Below, piece by piece: positions 18,344 to 28,474 of a DNA stretch of 43,506 bases (position 1 is the first letter of the stretch; each line of letters begins with the position of its first letter). A program made the position numbers and the translations under genes. The stretch is from a virus (taxonomy: Duplodnaviria > Caudoviricetes), in the IMG/VR virus record IMGVR_UViG_3300037461_000505, positions 1 through 43,506 of that record; one strand, given 5' to 3'. Below the pieces are notes generated by a model. The model did no database searches. It saw nothing but the letters and a program-made list of their open reading frames with translations, and had not been told where the DNA came from.

Positions 18344-20005
18344 TTATCTAAATCCCATAGTGAATGCTGTGGGGTTAATATCTAGTATATCTGGGTCTGC
18401 TTCTAAAGGAATGTTCTTACCATTTGCACTGTAGGGATCCGTAGAATCAAACAGTTTACCTAAACCACCAGAGAAACTGCTTCTACTGAGTTTCAACTGA
18501 GATTGTAGAGTGGTAAGGTCAATATTTCCGTACAGGCCTTTGTTATTCTTCTCTGCATAAGATTTAGCAGCATCATTAAGAAACTGCATTCTCTGTGCTT
18601 TCAACTCTCTAGGGGCCTTATTCACATACTCATCCATGAGAGTCTTTACTGAGACAGGACCTGGCTTAGCTGTCTGAATGCTATCAAGAAGGACTGCTAC
18701 TTCAGGATTAGAGCGAAGAGTAATATCACCATTCCACTTATCAACATCATTAAGAGTGTCATTCGTACGTTTTTTGTTAAGAACCTGTTCTGTTACCAAA
18801 GTACGGAATTGTTTCTTCTTCTCTTCGCCAATCTTACCAGTATCCATCAAGCTCATCTTCGTGTAATCACTAAGAACGGCTGCATACTTAGGATCCTTAA
18901 CTGCCAGAGTCTTCATACTATCCACAAAGAACTGCTCTGTGTTTACCAAATTATAGGCATAAGTAATCTCGGCCTTAGCATCTCTCTCATTCTGGCCTGT
19001 TAATTCTGAATGCATTTTAGGGGCTATTTGCAGAGCAGCTTTATTATTGGAGTAAGCTAGGGGAAGAAGTTGATCATTAGTGAAATTAGGACTAAGAATG
19101 GCCATAACATCTGGATTCTTAGTCTTCATTGCCACAAGACCTACACCTGCAGCTTTGGTTGGGTCATTCTCTACACCAGGAACCAGATAGGAGATAGCCT
19201 TAACGGAATCAGCGGGAATAGTGAGAGCAATCTGCTCTACCATCTCTTGTTGCTTGTCATCTCTTCCAAGACGCTTCTGGATATTCGCATTAGTTACTGC
19301 CATGAAACCTTTGAGAGTGGCCTCCATACTCTGAATCGTTGGATTCTCTAGGACGAGTCTTCTACTTAGCTCCAGAGCTTTAGTCTGAGCTTTCTCGAAC
19401 TGCTGTCTAACAACACGAGTTTCGTTAGAATCAACCAGATGCTGTCCCCACTCAGGAGAAGCTCTGTCAAGTCTTTCTGCGTTAGCGAGAGCTGCCTCAA
19501 GTCCTGGAAGACCCACCTGACTCTCAGCAAGTTCCCGAGTCTTCTTCATGATCTCAGATGAAGTTGAAGCTACAGATGCCTGAAGACTAATAAGACCCGC
19601 CTGCTGCTCTAAAGGCTTATCTGCTAGCTTACTAATAGAATCCATCTGAGCACGGACACCCTCAAAGATGCTATCTGAGATCTGATTATTTACTTGTTGG
19701 ACAGGCTGAATCTGGGTGTTAGCTTGCTGTGCTGGCCCCCCACTATTGATGAAGATAGCGTTAGGATTAGCATCCTTTACGCTTTGTACATTAGTATAGA
19801 GAGGATTAGCCTTAGTTTGTACCTTAGGCTTAGGATCATCAAAGTAATCCCCAGGAAGGTCTACAAATCCTTCATCTACTGTCTTAGGTACATACTTATT
19901 ATCTTGAACTCGCATCTTCTCAATGAGATTATCAAGTCCTGCTTGATTCTCCATTCTGTCTCTTTGAGCAACTTGATCAGCTAGGATCTCTTCTAAAGTA
20001 GCCAT
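18344..20005 (-). CDS. internal virion (ejection) protein
   Basis: Helical Gln/Ala-rich protein in the middle of the ejection triplet. The ORF opens at 20026; the ATG at 20005 has RBS GAGAGG. Confidence 0.65.
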   Translation of the reverse strand: MATLEEILADQVAQRDRMENQAGLDNLIEKMRVQDNKYVPKTVDEGFVDLPGDYFDDPKPKVQTKANPLYTNVQSVKDANPNAIFINSGGPAQQANTQIQPVQQVNNQISDSIFEGVRAQMDSISKLADKPLEQQAGLISLQASVASTSSEIMKKTRELAESQVGLPGLEAALANAERLDRASPEWGQHLVDSNETRVVRQQFEKAQTKALELSRRLVLENPTIQSMEATLKGFMAVTNANIQKRLGRDDKQQEMVEQIALTIPADSVKAISYLVPGVENDPTKAAGVGLVAMKTKNPDVMAILSPNFTNDQLLPLAYSNNKAALQIAPKMHSELTGQNERDAKAEITYAYNLVNTEQFFVDSMKTLAVKDPKYAAVLSDYTKMSLMDTGKIGEEKKKQFRTLVTEQVLNKKRTNDTLNDVDKWNGDITLRSNPEVAVLLDSIQTAKPGPVSVKTLMDEYVNKAPRELKAQRMQFLNDAAKSYAEKNNKGLYGNIDLTTLQSQLKLSRSSFSGGLGKLFDSTDPYSANGKNIPLEADPDILDINPTAFTMGFR

Positions 20006-20019
20006 AGTTTTATCCTCTC

Positions 20020-20925
20020 TTACCACTCATAACCAGCGAAGTCTTCGGCAGCTTGTTGATTACTGATACTGCTGTAAGGATTAACATATCCAGGATTCTG
20101 AAGATCATAGGGTATGTATTGGTAATCACTTGCACCGGATACTGAAGAGAAAGGACTTCCACTACTACCCTGAGAAGAAGGAGTCACATTTCTTGTTGTT
20201 GTAGTACTATTAGGAGGAGTAGCCCCAACTCCTTGAGAACTGCTACTAGCGGAAGAAGTACTAAGACCCTGAGAACTGCTAGTGCTTTTAGAGGTTGATT
20301 CCCGAAGAAGTTCAAGAGCTTTAAGATAATCAGTGGTCCCGCTATTATCAATACGAGTCAGGGCCTCTAACGTATTAGATAAGTTTGCTGCGATATTTCC
20401 GTAAGAAGTAGCTTGCTGAGCACCGAGAGCACCCGCTGACTGAGCACTATTCTGTGCTAGCTGCTGAGAGAGAAGCCCTTGCATAGAAGAAGCTGAGGTT
20501 CCAGCTCCTTGAATAGCAGCCATAATAGACGGCATCTGGGATTCCATGCTCTTCTGTAGATTCTGCTGCATGAGCATATTCGCATCTCTGAACGCAGCTT
20601 CTTTCGTATAATTACTCATGAGGCTGCCAACCTCACCTTGCACAGCTTGCCTTCTATTTAATTGAGCTTGATAATTAGGATTACCATTTACTCCTGTTTG
20701 AATAAAGGCAAGGAGAGAGGCGAGAGCTTCTGGATTAGAAATACCAGAGAAGCTCTCAGATTCTGATTGTGAGTTCTGAGTCCCAAAAGAGCTTTGATTA
20801 CTAACACTATTCTGAGTAGAGGGAACAAAGCCTTCAGTGTTAGTATTCTGAATCTCATTAAAACCACTCCTCATATTACTGCTGCCAGTAGAAGGACCCC
20901 ACGTTCTATTTGATGCGATAGCCAT
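20020..20925 (-). CDS. internal virion (pilot/ejection) protein
   Basis: Ser/Gln/Ala/Gly-rich low-complexity protein directly after the nozzle gene. RBS AGGAG. Confidence 0.65.
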   Translation of the reverse strand: MAIASNRTWGPSTGSSNMRSGFNEIQNTNTEGFVPSTQNSVSNQSSFGTQNSQSESESFSGISNPEALASLLAFIQTGVNGNPNYQAQLNRRQAVQGEVGSLMSNYTKEAAFRDANMLMQQNLQKSMESQMPSIMAAIQGAGTSASSMQGLLSQQLAQNSAQSAGALGAQQATSYGNIAANLSNTLEALTRIDNSGTTDYLKALELLRESTSKSTSSSQGLSTSSASSSSQGVGATPPNSTTTTRNVTPSSQGSSGSPFSSVSGASDYQYIPYDLQNPGYVNPYSSISNQQAAEDFAGYEW

Positions 20926-20940
20926 AATGTATTCTCCTAG

Positions 20941-23900
20941 TTATCTTCTGCTGCTAAGTGTACCACGGTATTCAATGTATTGTATATCGTAGTTTCCAGA
21001 GATTTCGATTGTGTGCCACCTTGCAGCAATATGGCCAAAGCAGTTCATGTTTAGTACGTCAGTGTAGGTATAGAGTTGCTCTATATCTTTATCTAGAGTT
21101 AGACCATTAAGTGTACCAGCTAACTTTATGGTTCCTGTAGAGGGAAGCCTAAAATGAACCCGGACTTCTTCGAGATAAGTGTAGCCCTGCCTAAAGTATC
21201 CAATCTTCCCGTAACGCATGAAGGATTCTAAAGGTTTAGCATCCATATTGTAAATGAAACCATCATTTACTAGGATACCCATATCTACACCAAGATTACT
21301 ATAGGGTACTACATCCCCACTAGCTGAGTTAAACGGACTATAATCAAGGAGAGTTTGGAACTCAGCCTTCATCTTACCCCACTTCTTGAGGGCAGTATCT
21401 AGGACTAAGGCTCCCACATAAGTTGGATAATAAGGAGCTGGGATGCCATCTTGCATTAAGAAAGTAGCACCTGGATAGGTATATCCGAAGTCTACCGGAG
21501 TTAGAACAGAGGGAGCTGATATCTGATTATAGTTGGGGCCTTGAAGTACTAGGTTATATCCTGCCTGTGGATCATTCGTCACATAGGCAGGCTCTCCTGG
21601 ATCAGTAGTAGCTTCATACCAGGTTACATTACTTTGATACGCAGTCATTGTGAGGGGGATATCTATATCTGCTAGGTCCCCATTCCACATACTTGTTATA
21701 CTCTCACCCCCTATTGTATACCAGAATTCATAAGTAGTATATTCTATATTTACATAGGGAATACCCGCCTCACTTATTATTACCTCTGTATGATCTCCCG
21801 TACTCATCAGGGGTTCACCTGGAATTTTATAGTTAGGATCTATAACACGGAGAGTAGAATTGCTTATGTAAGGAGCAGAAGGAGGACCTGCCGGGGGTTC
21901 TTCTATTCTCCATATATAGATAGCCTCAAATCTGGTAGGATTGGGCGCATAAACCCCTACAGTAGTGTGTGAGTAGGTATACTTACTTAAACCGCTATAA
22001 TACTCAGGAACCTCTAAAGCGTGGATATAGGCCTCATTTAATAACCTCGCAAAGATTTGGTATGCATCATTAGGGCTGTTTCCGAGATAAGATCTATTAC
22101 CAGTAAAATCTATATCAGGTCCAGTAGATACCCCAAAAATATCATCTGTGGGTTTCATACTAGCTACGAAGTGCTGAATCTTGATAATAGGTCTAATAGT
22201 ACCTATCGTTGTACTTCTTTTAATTCTGAGAGCTTTCTTGAGTGTCTTCGTTAAGGTATAAATAGCATAATTAGTTCCAACCCCACTAAAAGTATTCCCA
22301 CTATTCACAGAGCTAGCTGCGGTAGGCATATCCAAAATTTCTTCTGTACACTCAAGAGAACTGCCATAAGCATTCACATTATCGTAAACAGTGCCTTCGA
22401 TTTTGGTGGCAACGTAGGCATTCATTGCCGCAGTAATCTCGGGGAATATTCCTGTATCATCTGTTCTGAATCTAAGTCCTGTAATTGCCCCTTCTTCTAC
22501 AGGGCTAGGAGAAACAGCATCGAAGATAGCCTTATTTGCATTCTGAATAAGAGAGAGATTCGCCCACTCTAATTCTTGTGCGTTAGCATAAGCTAGAAGG
22601 GTAGTATCCATCACTCCAAGCCAGGCTGTCCCAGCTGCAATAGAACCATAGCCTCTATATCCCAGATCATCCATGTGATCAGGATAGGTAGGGGTTACGG
22701 CATGATAATAATTATTAAGTACTAAATCTTTAGCGTTTACAGCAATCGCACCTATAGTAGCATCTACTTTATTATTAGAATTAGGTACATGAGCTCCTAC
22801 ATTATTTACTACATAATCATTCATAGGAGTTACTTGATTAGCGAATGTTCCCTTACCCGTGGGTCTCCACACTAAATACATGTCATCATCATAAGGAGGA
22901 TCATTCTCTCGCTTATTATCAATGTAGGCAGGCATAGGTACAGTACCATCTACTGGATCTACTATATATACATCAGAAGGCACAATCAAGCCTGGCCAAT
23001 TAAGACCATTTACGAGAATATTAAGATTAAGAGAACGAACAACGTTAAGAGTCGCACTAACAAGTCCATCAATAATCCTATTATTCGTTACACAAATAAA
23101 GAGATAGCGGCCATTCAGAAAGTCTAAGTAGATGCTACTACCAGTAAGTATAGGATCAAATTCAACCCTAGGAACTGCATGAACACTACGAACAACAGGA
23201 CTCACTCCAGTATCTGACTCTCTAAGAAAGTCATAGATCTCCGGGATAATATCTTCGAATTGATGCACTTTGCTAAGAGCGTTATAGCTCCCAATCTTCT
23301 TAATGCCTGTGTTCGTATAAGCGTATTGCTCCATCTCTGTGATAGAGTTAGTTACTTCTTTAGAGGTCCTAATACCAGCTGTATCTGTGATAGTTGTAGC
23401 TTCCCAGATCATTGTGGTACTCTGGATATAGCGTACGCCTACAATACCTTTAGTGGTATAGATTACGAAGTTATCTCCTTGGCTCTTTACGGTTACAATT
23501 CTACCTAGGATGCCGTTGAAGATAGCATTCCCTGCCATAGTGACAAGAGAGGGGGTAAAATCAGAGAGAAGGAGAGGATTAGACCAAGCTATGCTATTCG
23601 CAGAATCCCAGAATGCAAGAGAGGAGTTAGCCCGAAAAATTCCTATCTGTCCTGCCATATTAAGGAAACTAGGAACTACAGCAGTGAAGGTGAGAGTCAC
23701 ACCAGTTCCTGTCACTGTGTAATCAGTATTTGCCAGCTTCTGATAAGAAGCCTCACCTTGTCTATAAAGATAGAGAACATTTTTAATAATACAGTATGTC
23801 CATTCTTTGATAGCAGGACTGGTAGGAGCCGTCATAGCAACTCCCTGAATCCAATTAGCTCCCGCTACACTAGTAGATTCAGTATACCAGATACCATCAT

Positions 23901-24192
23901 CACACAAGGCGATGATAAGATTAACGTAATTAGCTAATTGAAACAAGAATACTTTGTCACAATGATGCAAGGTTTGATCTAAAGCGTCAATGTCAAGCTG
24001 AGAGTTCGCGCCGAAGTAGCTCCTATACCCGTATGAGGTAGGGATGAAATTATATCCTTCATAGGCTACGATTGGAGGTGGATCTTCTGGATCATCCTCC
24101 CTTCCTGTATAGCGCAAATTCTCCATCACAGAATTAGGATCTGTAACAAAGAAGCTTTTCGTTACATCTATTCTCTTAGTTTTCTGTGGCAT
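20941..24192 (-). CDS. tail nozzle / stabilisation protein (P22 gp10 / T7 gp12 analogue) with a large central insert
   Basis: N-terminal YNFIPTSYGY and propeller-like repeats (SIAWS, FVIYT..GI). Lies between the adaptor and the ejection genes. Confidence 0.65.
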   Translation of the reverse strand: MPQKTKRIDVTKSFFVTDPNSVMENLRYTGREDDPEDPPPIVAYEGYNFIPTSYGYRSYFGANSQLDIDALDQTLHHCDKVFLFQLANYVNLIIALCDDGIWYTESTSVAGANWIQGVAMTAPTSPAIKEWTYCIIKNVLYLYRQGEASYQKLANTDYTVTGTGVTLTFTAVVPSFLNMAGQIGIFRANSSLAFWDSANSIAWSNPLLLSDFTPSLVTMAGNAIFNGILGRIVTVKSQGDNFVIYTTKGIVGVRYIQSTTMIWEATTITDTAGIRTSKEVTNSITEMEQYAYTNTGIKKIGSYNALSKVHQFEDIIPEIYDFLRESDTGVSPVVRSVHAVPRVEFDPILTGSSIYLDFLNGRYLFICVTNNRIIDGLVSATLNVVRSLNLNILVNGLNWPGLIVPSDVYIVDPVDGTVPMPAYIDNKRENDPPYDDDMYLVWRPTGKGTFANQVTPMNDYVVNNVGAHVPNSNNKVDATIGAIAVNAKDLVLNNYYHAVTPTYPDHMDDLGYRGYGSIAAGTAWLGVMDTTLLAYANAQELEWANLSLIQNANKAIFDAVSPSPVEEGAITGLRFRTDDTGIFPEITAAMNAYVATKIEGTVYDNVNAYGSSLECTEEILDMPTAASSVNSGNTFSGVGTNYAIYTLTKTLKKALRIKRSTTIGTIRPIIKIQHFVASMKPTDDIFGVSTGPDIDFTGNRSYLGNSPNDAYQIFARLLNEAYIHALEVPEYYSGLSKYTYSHTTVGVYAPNPTRFEAIYIWRIEEPPAGPPSAPYISNSTLRVIDPNYKIPGEPLMSTGDHTEVIISEAGIPYVNIEYTTYEFWYTIGGESITSMWNGDLADIDIPLTMTAYQSNVTWYEATTDPGEPAYVTNDPQAGYNLVLQGPNYNQISAPSVLTPVDFGYTYPGATFLMQDGIPAPYYPTYVGALVLDTALKKWGKMKAEFQTLLDYSPFNSASGDVVPYSNLGVDMGILVNDGFIYNMDAKPLESFMRYGKIGYFRQGYTYLEEVRVHFRLPSTGTIKLAGTLNGLTLDKDIEQLYTYTDVLNMNCFGHIAARWHTIEISGNYDIQYIEYRGTLSSRR

Positions 24193-24607
24193 TTCTATTA
24201 TCCTTCATTTCTACATCTATATTATCAGCATTGGGTATTACATCAAAAGATATTACTTTACCCTTAAAGTAACCCGTGAAATACGGAATCCACTGTGCAG
24301 TTTTTCTGTCTACTGGAACGAATTGTTTTAGTCGTACCACCTTTCGGGGAAGATTCTTTACCCATATAACATGAGGTACAGGAAACCATCCTAGGAATTT
24401 CACACCGTATGCTTTTCTAATAGCTAAATACCCACCATACTTATCCCATCGCCATAAAGCATATGACCAACAGTTCCCTCTAAGGGAATCAGGATATACT
24501 CTATTACCCAGATAGGACAAAGCAACGACTACACACATAAGTGCCATAGCTATCCCCCAGACACCTAGACTTATACTATGTATAACGAAGTGTATTACAG
24601 ATCTCAC
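24176..24607 (-). CDS. membrane-anchored protein with a Cys/His motif pair; candidate lysis enzyme
   Basis: N-terminal hydrophobic segment, GNCWSYA and PHVIWV, RBS AAGGAGG. Confidence 0.55.
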   Translation of the reverse strand: MRSVIHFVIHSISLGVWGIAMALMCVVVALSYLGNRVYPDSLRGNCWSYALWRWDKYGGYLAIRKAYGVKFLGWFPVPHVIWVKNLPRKVVRLKQFVPVDRKTAQWIPYFTGYFKGKVISFDVIPNADNIDVEMKDNRNATEN

Positions 24608-24619
24608 GGAAATACCTCC

Positions 24620-24952
24620 TTATGGAGTATTTACCTCTTTTGCTTTGTTACCGTAATTGAGATCGGAATCTATCATCCAAGACTCATTACTTTTACGTCT
24701 TTCTACTGCTCTTCTATCTGATGTGGGACAAGAACTACAAGCTTCGAGTCTCCCTTCGATATTAGATATTCTCTCTTTGGCCTTAGAAGATACAGCTTTA
24801 ATAGCATCTCGTATTTCTTGATTAGAGTCATAAAGTTCTTTAATTGCCTTCTGCATTTCGCGCTGTCTCATAAGACCCTCAGCGAAAGCTATAATCCCTA
24901 TCACACAAAAGAGACTAAATATAATAATAGTACCCCAAGGAATAGAATTCAT
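24620..24952 (-). CDS. membrane protein with an N-terminal TM helix and coiled coil (holin- or spanin-like candidate)
   Basis: TIIIFSLFCVIGIIAFA TM segment followed by a charged coiled coil. Confidence 0.6.
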   Translation of the reverse strand: MNSIPWGTIIIFSLFCVIGIIAFAEGLMRQREMQKAIKELYDSNQEIRDAIKAVSSKAKERISNIEGRLEACSSCPTSDRRAVERRKSNESWMIDSDLNYGNKAKEVNTP

Positions 24953-25389
24953 CGTTTTCCCCTCCCTGATTCTCTATCAATTCTATTCTCAAGTTTTGTT
25001 AATTCCTGTAGGAAACGGGTCTCTAATCTAGCTTCCATCCTATTAGCATCAGAAGCCCTGAAGCGATCAGAGGTTGCAGCTACATTTCCAGCCATAAGAG
25101 AGTCCATTGCTTTCTCTTGGGCTTTAAGACGCTCTAAAGCGGCTGGAATCTGCTCGATATACTGACTCCTCTGTGCGGCAAGAACTGTCAGCTCAGAAAC
25201 TTTATTGTTAAGAGAGATTAAAGATGTTCCTGCAGCAATTACACAGGTTGTTAATCCTCCAGTAATAACATGATTCCAATTGATTTGTCCTGTTTCAGAA
25301 TCTCGCAAGACTGCGGGCAGAGCCATAGCGAAGTCTATACTAGACAATCCTCGTACTTTCTGTAGGAATGGGGTAAGATCAATATCCAT
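24949..25389 (-). CDS. membrane-associated coiled-coil protein (lysis cassette candidate)
   Basis: Weakly hydrophobic VITGGLTTCVIAAGTSLISL segment plus a coiled-coil C-terminus. ATGA overlap with the next gene. Confidence 0.55.
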   Translation of the reverse strand: MDIDLTPFLQKVRGLSSIDFAMALPAVLRDSETGQINWNHVITGGLTTCVIAAGTSLISLNNKVSELTVLAAQRSQYIEQIPAALERLKAQEKAMDSLMAGNVAATSDRFRASDANRMEARLETRFLQELTKLENRIDRESGRGKR

Positions 25390-25400
25390 ATTTGTATTTT

Positions 25401-25997
25401 TTACCTCGCTACCGCTAGAATAGAATCCTCTAAATCATTTCGAAACATCTTATATGACTCTGTGCCCGTTGAAAGGTAGGCCCTGAAACTATTATCATCC
25501 CCGATTGTTTTGAAGATTCTGGCAGCCGCTAAATCAATGATAGTCCAGGGCATGATTTCCAGCATCCAATGCTCACCTAGATCGCTTAGAACTGGAGCAT
25601 ATTGATAATAACCTACCTCTAAAGCAGGGGTAAGCTCTTTGAGAGTGTAAGTCAAGGAATTTCCAGCTACATAATAGGTATCAGGTTGCATGATACCACC
25701 AGGAGTGAAAATTTTATCCGCGGAGATTGGCTGTAAATACCTAAGAACTGCTGTGGGTTTTACATACTTGAACTTACGAAACCTAGTAACTACTGGAACA
25801 ATTAGGTTATTGAACGTGATTGTATCCCCATAGAGTGTTGCATCTATGGGGATAGTGGTTTCTACGAGATCATTAGCAAAGGAGGCTTTTATAGTGCATT
25901 CTGCCAACATAGCGTTAATAGCAGATTTAATATCAGCGAGTTTATCTGGCCTCTTTACTATCTCTGTAACAGCAGTGGCGGTCTCTGTAAAGTTCAT
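25401..25997 (-). CDS. head-tail adaptor protein
   Basis: MNFTE...KRPD...AIN N-terminus and HWML...PW.I...AA C-terminus typical of podophage adaptors. Lies between capsid and nozzle. Confidence 0.7.
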   Translation of the reverse strand: MNFTETATAVTEIVKRPDKLADIKSAINAMLAECTIKASFANDLVETTIPIDATLYGDTITFNNLIVPVVTRFRKFKYVKPTAVLRYLQPISADKIFTPGGIMQPDTYYVAGNSLTYTLKELTPALEVGYYQYAPVLSDLGEHWMLEIMPWTIIDLAAARIFKTIGDDNSFRAYLSTGTESYKMFRNDLEDSILAVAR

Positions 25998-26006
25998 AGT
26001 TTAACC

Positions 26007-26213
26007 TTATGCTTCTTCTGTCTTAGTAACAATACCAATAGAGACAAAATATTCTAGGATCTCAATATCCCTCTCATTTTCTGGAAGAAAGATATTATCA
26101 GCTTTGGTCATCAAGGCGCCCCTACTCCCTATAACACCCCTACCAGAGGTATAGACTGTTTTAGTAAAGGGTAGATCCTTCTTTTCTCTGAGAGTTTTTG
26201 AAATGGTAGACAT
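26007..26213 (-). CDS. hypothetical small virion-module protein
   Basis: RBS AAGGA, follows the capsid terminator. Confidence 0.6.
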   Translation of the reverse strand: MSTISKTLREKKDLPFTKTVYTSGRGVIGSRGALMTKADNIFLPENERDIEILEYFVSIGIVTKTEEA

Positions 26214-26226
26214 GATCTTTATCCTT

Positions 26227-26272
26227 AAAAAGAAGCTCTCCTATCCTCAATGATAGAAGATAAGAGAGCTTC
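26227..26272 (-). terminator. Rho-independent terminator after the major capsid gene
   Basis: Minus strand GAAGCTCTCTTATC...GATAGGAGAGCTTC followed by TTTTT. Confidence 0.75.
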
Positions 26273-26278
26273 AGAAGA

Positions 26279-27484
26279 TTAAGCAGCAGCAGTAAGATTA
26301 GAAACCCAAGCACAGCCAAATGGATTGATAAGCTCAACAGCAAGTTCCGAAGTAAGAGAGCCACCAACACCATCTGTACCGTTCTCAACCATCTTACCTC
26401 CACTACCATACTCTTCTGCGACCGTATCACGACCATCCATGTAAGCCAGTTTGAGAGCAGGAAGGTCAATAATGATAAGATTGCCCGCGGTAGTAGAGGT
26501 AGCCAGGCCGTTCATGAGAGGATGTTCAACCAGGTTGATCTCACCCTTATAGAACTTAAACTTCTGGAAGCGCATACCAAAGCTAGTTTCTTGCTGGGTA
26601 ATAGTAACATCACCATACTTCACAGCGATCTGATGCAGGACCTTCATGCCAACACTGTCTGCAATACCAAAGCGCATACCAGGATTGGACATGTCAGTAG
26701 AGTAAGCGAAAGCAGGGGCGCACAGAGTGACAAGCTCATCGAAGGTAGTCGTAGCGCCGGCGGCATTTGTATTAGCTGCAGCATACTGCTCCATCGCGTC
26801 GATAATACCTTGAGTAGCATGAATCGGCTGAGTTCCACTAGTATCCATCTTAGGTTGACCCCAGAGGATAGCGCTCTCGATATCAATACTATGGAACAGA
26901 GAGCAATCCTTACGGTTCTCAGCGACGTTGCTATGACCCATCTCAGCCATAGAAGCACGAGCGGTATCTGTCAGGCCCCAAGCATTACGGAAGATCTGCG
27001 TGTAGTTCGGGACATAGACGATAGACAAACTACGAGCTGCTGGGCGAGTACTACCTTCTGCAAAAGCTGTACCAATTTGAATGATATTATCGGCAGCGTT
27101 AAGAGCAGCGGCTACGACACGACCGAAAGCACGAGTAACTACAACCTCAGTAGCAGACGTTACAGAAGTAACACGATAGTTCTCACGAGTACGCGTATTG
27201 AAGAGAACTGTGCCTGCAGCCATACCAGTAGTAGAACCAACCGTGAGAGTCGTAGCACCTACAAGGTCACCCGCCGTAGAAGTCGTCTTGACGAATTCAA
27301 GGGTCTTCGAGAAGTAACCATGCGTAGAAGACTTGGCACGGCTCTTTCCACTCTGCGAAGAGAGGGTAAAGAGAGGAGCTGAGCCATTAGGAAAGAGCCG
27401 AAGCATAGTACCTGCAAAAGAGCGGGTATTGAGTTCTGCAGGATTAAAGCCATTAGTATTAAAAATACCAGAAAGAATTGCCAT
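26279..27484 (-). CDS. major capsid protein (DUF5309/SU10-like HK97 fold)
   Basis: AFAEGSTRP...NYTQIFR...TDTA and DIESAILWG motifs, biased codon usage, follows the scaffold, has its own terminator. Confidence 0.88.
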   Translation of the reverse strand: MAILSGIFNTNGFNPAELNTRSFAGTMLRLFPNGSAPLFTLSSQSGKSRAKSSTHGYFSKTLEFVKTTSTAGDLVGATTLTVGSTTGMAAGTVLFNTRTRENYRVTSVTSATEVVVTRAFGRVVAAALNAADNIIQIGTAFAEGSTRPAARSLSIVYVPNYTQIFRNAWGLTDTARASMAEMGHSNVAENRKDCSLFHSIDIESAILWGQPKMDTSGTQPIHATQGIIDAMEQYAAANTNAAGATTTFDELVTLCAPAFAYSTDMSNPGMRFGIADSVGMKVLHQIAVKYGDVTITQQETSFGMRFQKFKFYKGEINLVEHPLMNGLATSTTAGNLIIIDLPALKLAYMDGRDTVAEEYGSGGKMVENGTDGVGGSLTSELAVELINPFGCAWVSNLTAAA

Positions 27485-27500
27485 TTGTTATTCCCTTAAA

Positions 27501-28202
27501 TTATTCAGTAAGATATTTAGACCAATCCATCTCTCCACCTGGAGAATTAGAATTCGAGGTCTTAGGATTCAAAGCACTACTCAAGTCATTGATATACTGC
27601 TGAGCCGCTTTAGCTATCTCTGCTGGACTTGCATCAGGATTAGCCGCAGACATCTGTGCTGCAACACGATTAAGCTCCGCTTTTACTACAGGATGGGAGT
27701 AATTAGGGGCATTGGAGAGCTCGTTAGAAGTAAGTTGATTCTTAACTCCTTTAGCTACCTGCTTGCCCTCGAATTCTCCGCGTTGTGTTAGAAAGGTGTC
27801 TGTGAGAGAGGTGCTGTGCTCCAGAGAGGCTCTGTAAGCATTCTGTCCTACTGTTTTGATAATATCCATAAGCGCAGATACATCACCGCTGGTAGCCTTA
27901 GTGAGAACTTCAGGATTAATTCCTTTCGTGAAGTCCATCTTGCTACTAACATCTCCTAATACTTTAGGATCAAGCTTAAAAGTAGGAGCTTGGATGTCTG
28001 AGTTATTAGCAGCATTATCGAACATATTTTTGTATATGTCCATGGGATTTTGGCTGAGTGGCTCAGTTCCTGGAATTTTGCCTGTAGCGTCTACTACAGG
28101 ATTAGGAGCAGAGAGACTATCTTTTCCTGGAGTAGGTTGTTGGGATTGTCCTTCGGTTGTAGAAGTAGAAGGAGCGGAGCGAAACATATCCATAATGCCC
28201 AT
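27501..28202 (-). CDS. capsid scaffolding protein
   Basis: Disordered Pro/Ser/Gln-rich N-terminus and helical C-terminus, directly upstream of the capsid gene. Confidence 0.65.
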   Translation of the reverse strand: MGIMDMFRSAPSTSTTEGQSQQPTPGKDSLSAPNPVVDATGKIPGTEPLSQNPMDIYKNMFDNAANNSDIQAPTFKLDPKVLGDVSSKMDFTKGINPEVLTKATSGDVSALMDIIKTVGQNAYRASLEHSTSLTDTFLTQRGEFEGKQVAKGVKNQLTSNELSNAPNYSHPVVKAELNRVAAQMSAANPDASPAEIAKAAQQYINDLSSALNPKTSNSNSPGGEMDWSKYLTE

Positions 28203-28206
28203 GATA

Positions 28207-28464
28207 TTAGTCCTTATTAGTAGGTTGGTTTGAGATACTAAGTAGTGCTGCTATGGTTGAAAGCTTGCCCTGTACGAGAGCGTGCTTTTTTGCTACTTCA
28301 CTGTCTTCCCTCTCTGTGATAGAGAGAGTTGCTAGTTCGAAAAGATCTTCTCTTGCTATTGCCTTCAAATATTTGACAACAGTAGGATTAGAGAAAACAT
28401 CTACAAGAATGTCCCGTTCTGTTTTTGAGAGAGCGAGAGGTTCGAAAATATCTGCAATGTTCAT
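28207..28464 (-). CDS. small protein between portal and scaffold
   Basis: 85-aa helical ORF in the position normally filled by a small head-assembly gene in podophages. Confidence 0.65.
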   Translation of the reverse strand: MNIADIFEPLALSKTERDILVDVFSNPTVVKYLKAIAREDLFELATLSITEREDSEVAKKHALVQGKLSTIAALLSISNQPTNKD

Positions 28465-28474
28465 CTCTTATACC

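Noticed and set aside
26161-26469. ORF overlapping the capsid 3' end, suggesting a T7 10B-like frameshift extension
   Set aside because: It is in the +1 frame. The GGGTTTC heptamer is not in the capsid reading phase needed for -1 slippage, and a terminator follows the stop.
26522-27382. 286-aa antisense ORF over the capsid gene (also 12156..12731, 10159..10638, 33370..33816 and similar)
   Set aside because: Shadow ORFs caused by codon bias of the real gene; no RBS or recognisable motifs.
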